A stretch of 64,000 bases of DNA from Botryllus schlosseri (Eukaryota), in contig CM119373.1 of assembly GCA_051294905.1 (NCBI GenBank), positions 4,466,001 to 4,530,000 of the forward strand. Direction: 5' to 3'. Position 1 is the first letter of the stretch, and the number at the start of each line of letters is the position of its first letter. Made by a program: the position numbers and the translations under genes. Positions 61,121-64,000 of this stretch are shown here, in pieces. The notes beneath the pieces are model-generated. The model had not been told where the DNA came from and did no database searches. It saw only the letters and a list, made by a program, of their open reading frames with translations.

Positions 61121-63125
61121 CAGACATGGGGTAATCGCGATTAGTAATCGTAATCGATTACGACGATTACAGCATTTTCAAGTAATCGTAATCGCAATCG
61201 ATTACATTCGAAAAAATTCCGAAGTAATCGTAATCGTAATCGACTACTTCGCATATTTAATCGATTTCTTTGTGAAAGAACGCTTACTTTTTATTTGTAC
61301 GACGACTGTGACATAAACTGAACATTCGTTAACAAGCAAGAGATATTATACCAGTTATTGAGTCACAAACGTCTGATTTTCAAATGCCATTGCTCATTAT
61401 TACGTCAGAAGTAGCCTATTAGCTTTGCTCGTCTTTGCGTAAGAAGAATCCACATACCACACTTATAGTAAATAGATATTCGATGTACATTAGTGTGATT
61501 GTAAAACACCCACCGTTCAGTATATCGGGTCATCAATACATTTCAGACACCACTACCTCGCTGCAGGATAATTAATCACCTCTCTGCCTAGTTTAGAACA
61601 GCAACTTTTGTATTGATGTTTGGTTATGCTTAGTTAAACGCAATTTGACCGTTGCTGCTTGGCGAGCGGTAGGCCTATGTGCTGGTACGAACGTACACCA
61701 GACAGAGGTTTGAAATTTCGTACTCGTCAAATAAAATATTACGGTTTCCACAACGAAGCTTTAAAAATCAACAGCTGCTGATATATATCATAACCGCCCC
61801 GTTTTTTGCCGTTTCTCGTAATGGCAGCTGGCATTAAGTTGAAGGCAGAATTTTATTTTCACCTTCTCTTATTCTCATATTATTCTACTCAAAACGGGCG
61901 TCAATTGCTATTTCACATTTTTTTACTGAAGATTTAGACCTGCCGCCATAGCCATCGGCTTATATACCATGTTAGCGTGGGTTGTAGCTAGAATCAGGAT
62001 CAAAACAGCAAAATCGTCCTCCACTCCAAACGTTGGTCTTGGGCCCCCAAAGGGTAGTCAATTTTTAACTTGAAGATTTAATTTCGTCAATAACATTGTT
62101 AATTGCATTATATTGCATTATTAATCCTATCTCAGACCCCGATGGTCAGACATACCTGAAGAGCAGGGGGCGCGTAATCCATAATGATAACATCTGGTAT
62201 ATTGCAATAATTACTGTAGTGCATGTTGTTAATTCGTGACCTCCGGTCTGTTATATAGTCAAAAGATATTGTAGTGCCCCAAACTCAGCAGACTAAAAGA
62301 AAAACTTTCGTGAGACGCACACACAAATTGTCATGTCTAATGCTCTGTGGGTGCCTGCGTGGCATTTGCATCGTGGGCTCAGATTGGAAGGACCGGACTG
62401 TTAGTCACACCCACCCAGCGCGGCTATTGACAATGGACACATACCCCAAATTTCGGCCAACGTCTTTCTTTGATAGCACACTTCGTACCGTCGCATGTTG
62501 GCCGAAACTGCATATGTCTTTTGGTGTGTCGGGGCGCGGTATTGACTGGCACCAAAATGCCTATTACTATGAGTTATGCATCCTTTAATTCTTGAGGGGA
62601 GACGTTTGCATTTCGAAATCAAGCTATCTAGAGACATTTAAATGGCAAAGCTCAAAGAGAATTTTCAAGTTAATGAAATCTGTCGAGAATACTCTATAAT
62701 TTATGTTGGTTCACGAAATACTTTTGGGTCCCCTCCGAGCACGCTCCCCACCCTATTGGGGAATTTGGGGTGCAGCAGTTATGGACCTGGCAAGAATGCA
62801 AATCATTGGGTGCGATAAATCGTCCTTTATAAAATGGGCAATATGTACATTATGACGTAACAAACAAATGTCGCATCTGTTTTAAAGAAATATGTTATCT
62901 CATTAGGCATTTTCAGCGCAATCCATGTATTGTCTTCCAATATAACTAATGAAGTGCAAAATAAATGTAATCGTGAGTAATCGTGATTACTTTTCCAATG
63001 TAATCGTAATCGTAATCGACTACTTCCTGATTTTGCTGTAATCGTAATCGTAATCGTAGTCGCGTGATTCCGAAGTAATCGTAATCGCAATCGATTACAT
63101 TCATGAAGTAATCACCCCATGTCTG
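61121..63125 (-). mobile_element. Non-autonomous hAT-type element with GATTAC repeats (copy 2)
   Basis: TIRs CAGACATGGGG / CCCCATGTCTG. Perfect TSD CTCGAAGC. (GTAATC)n arrays. Inverted homolog of 2128-5109. Confidence 0.92.
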
Positions 63126-63203
63126 CTCGAAGCATCCTCTGTTGGGGAAGATGCCCGTAAAACTGCATTCGAGCCACTGCAAAAATGCAACATAACATAG
63201 TTA

Positions 63204-63238
63204 CTCGAGCTTTCGGAGCTCTGCTCCTTCATCAGGTG
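63204..63238 (-). ncRNA. Minimal type I hammerhead ribozyme motif
   Basis: Minus strand reads cac-CUGAUGA-a-GGAGC-aga-GCUCC-GAAA-GC-UC-gag. Core intact, 5-bp stem II, palindromic AGCU stem III, stem I weakened by a mismatch. Confidence 0.7.
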
Positions 63239-63584
63239 ATAGAGCGAAAGTAACGCAAAAAGAGCAACGCAAAAAGATTTTGAATTTGAATATATACACA
63301 TTATGACATCATAGTGGGTGAGAACTTTCCAGATTCCAGAATCGTGTACTTTATGACGTCATAGGCAGACAGATGTAGTATATATTAGAAACGCATGAAG
63401 TAAGCTGTGCTCCTAAAATTGGATACGATATAAGGTGTTTGTAGTATAATACACGTACAGAAAAGTGTCAATTAAAGTATTACATGGTGTAGTGAGACAT
63501 GCACCCTCTATCTATATTCAGTCCTTGTCGGAATGTATCAAATTTGTCGATATATTTTTGTTCAGTAGCCTTGCGTAGCTTCAT

Positions 63585-63619
63585 CACCTGAGGAAGGAGC
63601 AGAGCTCCGAAAGCTCGTG
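63585..63619 (+). ncRNA. Minimal type I hammerhead ribozyme motif
   Basis: cac-CUGAGGA-a-GGAGC-aga-GCUCC-GAAA-GC-UC-gug. Stem I CAC/GUG. Predicted cleavage after C63616. Confidence 0.75.
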
Positions 63620-64000
63620 TAACTATAATAAAGTTATATTCATACAAGTGGACGTTAAACAGGGTACGGAAGCAATCAAGGTCTTATGTTTATATATACC
63701 GTCTGCTATCGGCTCAACCACGTATTGTTATTAATGCTGCTCAGTGAATCTGTTGATGTTAGGTAATAAGAAAGTGGGGGTTAATTTGAAAATCATCATT
63801 TGTCGTCATGAATCGAAACAATGTTAAACATGATATATTTTTAACTTTATTTATACCCCTATCCACGTTGTATGCGCAAAAGTTTCACGAAATATTGGTA
63901 TACTATGGAAGGTTAACCAAATAGTTCCAAAACCTTTTCTACGCACTCTTTATTTTTCTATCATTCATTCCCACTTACAGTATGGTATTATAGTTTGGGG

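Larger units (their letters stand above)
55405..63195 (+). pseudogene. Old 5'-truncated LINE RT fragment in three pieces (55405-55625, 61071-61120, 63134-63195)
   Basis: The pieces align consecutively with 59383-59711 of the full-length LINE (..IAGQP.SNT.NAKYL..QSLETKLSPKCGL..). They are separated by two TSD-flanked insertions. Confidence 0.82.
63201..63725 (-). mobile_element. 5'-truncated Penelope-like retroelement with inverted pseudo-LTR
   Basis: Minus-strand 63587-63480 encodes ..LRKATEQKYIDKFDTFRQGLNIDRGCMSHYTM* (GIY-YIG C-terminus, Neptune-like GLNxD..SHY). 40-bp inverted repeats at 63201-63240 and 63583-63622 (2 mismatches) contain hammerhead cores. Confidence 0.85.

Noticed and set aside
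62827..63182. ORFs with RLRLRL / DYDYDY / TITITI repeats
   Set aside because: Translation artefacts of the GATTAC hexamer arrays of a MITE end.

Overview
AT-rich eukaryotic (animal, probably marine-invertebrate; inference) genomic DNA. There is no prokaryotic gene organisation, rRNA, tRNA or CRISPR array. The backbone is a tandem array of four paralogous secreted pentraxin-domain genes on the + strand. Copy A has a nonsense codon in its terminal exon (8995-9644). Copy B is a complete five-exon gene (17596-32955) whose pentraxin exon is split by a 6.1-kb CAC...GTG transposon. Copy C (39129-41925) has an open pentraxin exon but no clearly intact first exon. Copy D is seen only as its 5' exon(s), from 52907. 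Copies B and C share a hidden architecture: 41-nt exon, 10-nt micro-exon, Thr-rich linker exon and single pentraxin exon, preceded in B by a signal-peptide exon. Most of the rest is nested mobile DNA. It includes a decayed EnSpm/CMC-type element at the left edge, many hAT-type MITEs with 8-bp TSDs and family-specific subterminal motifs, a Chapaev3-like element, a foldback MITE, a near full-length APE+RT LINE, and Penelope-like remnants carrying minimal hammerhead-ribozyme motifs. All coordinates were counted by hand and no database searches were run.
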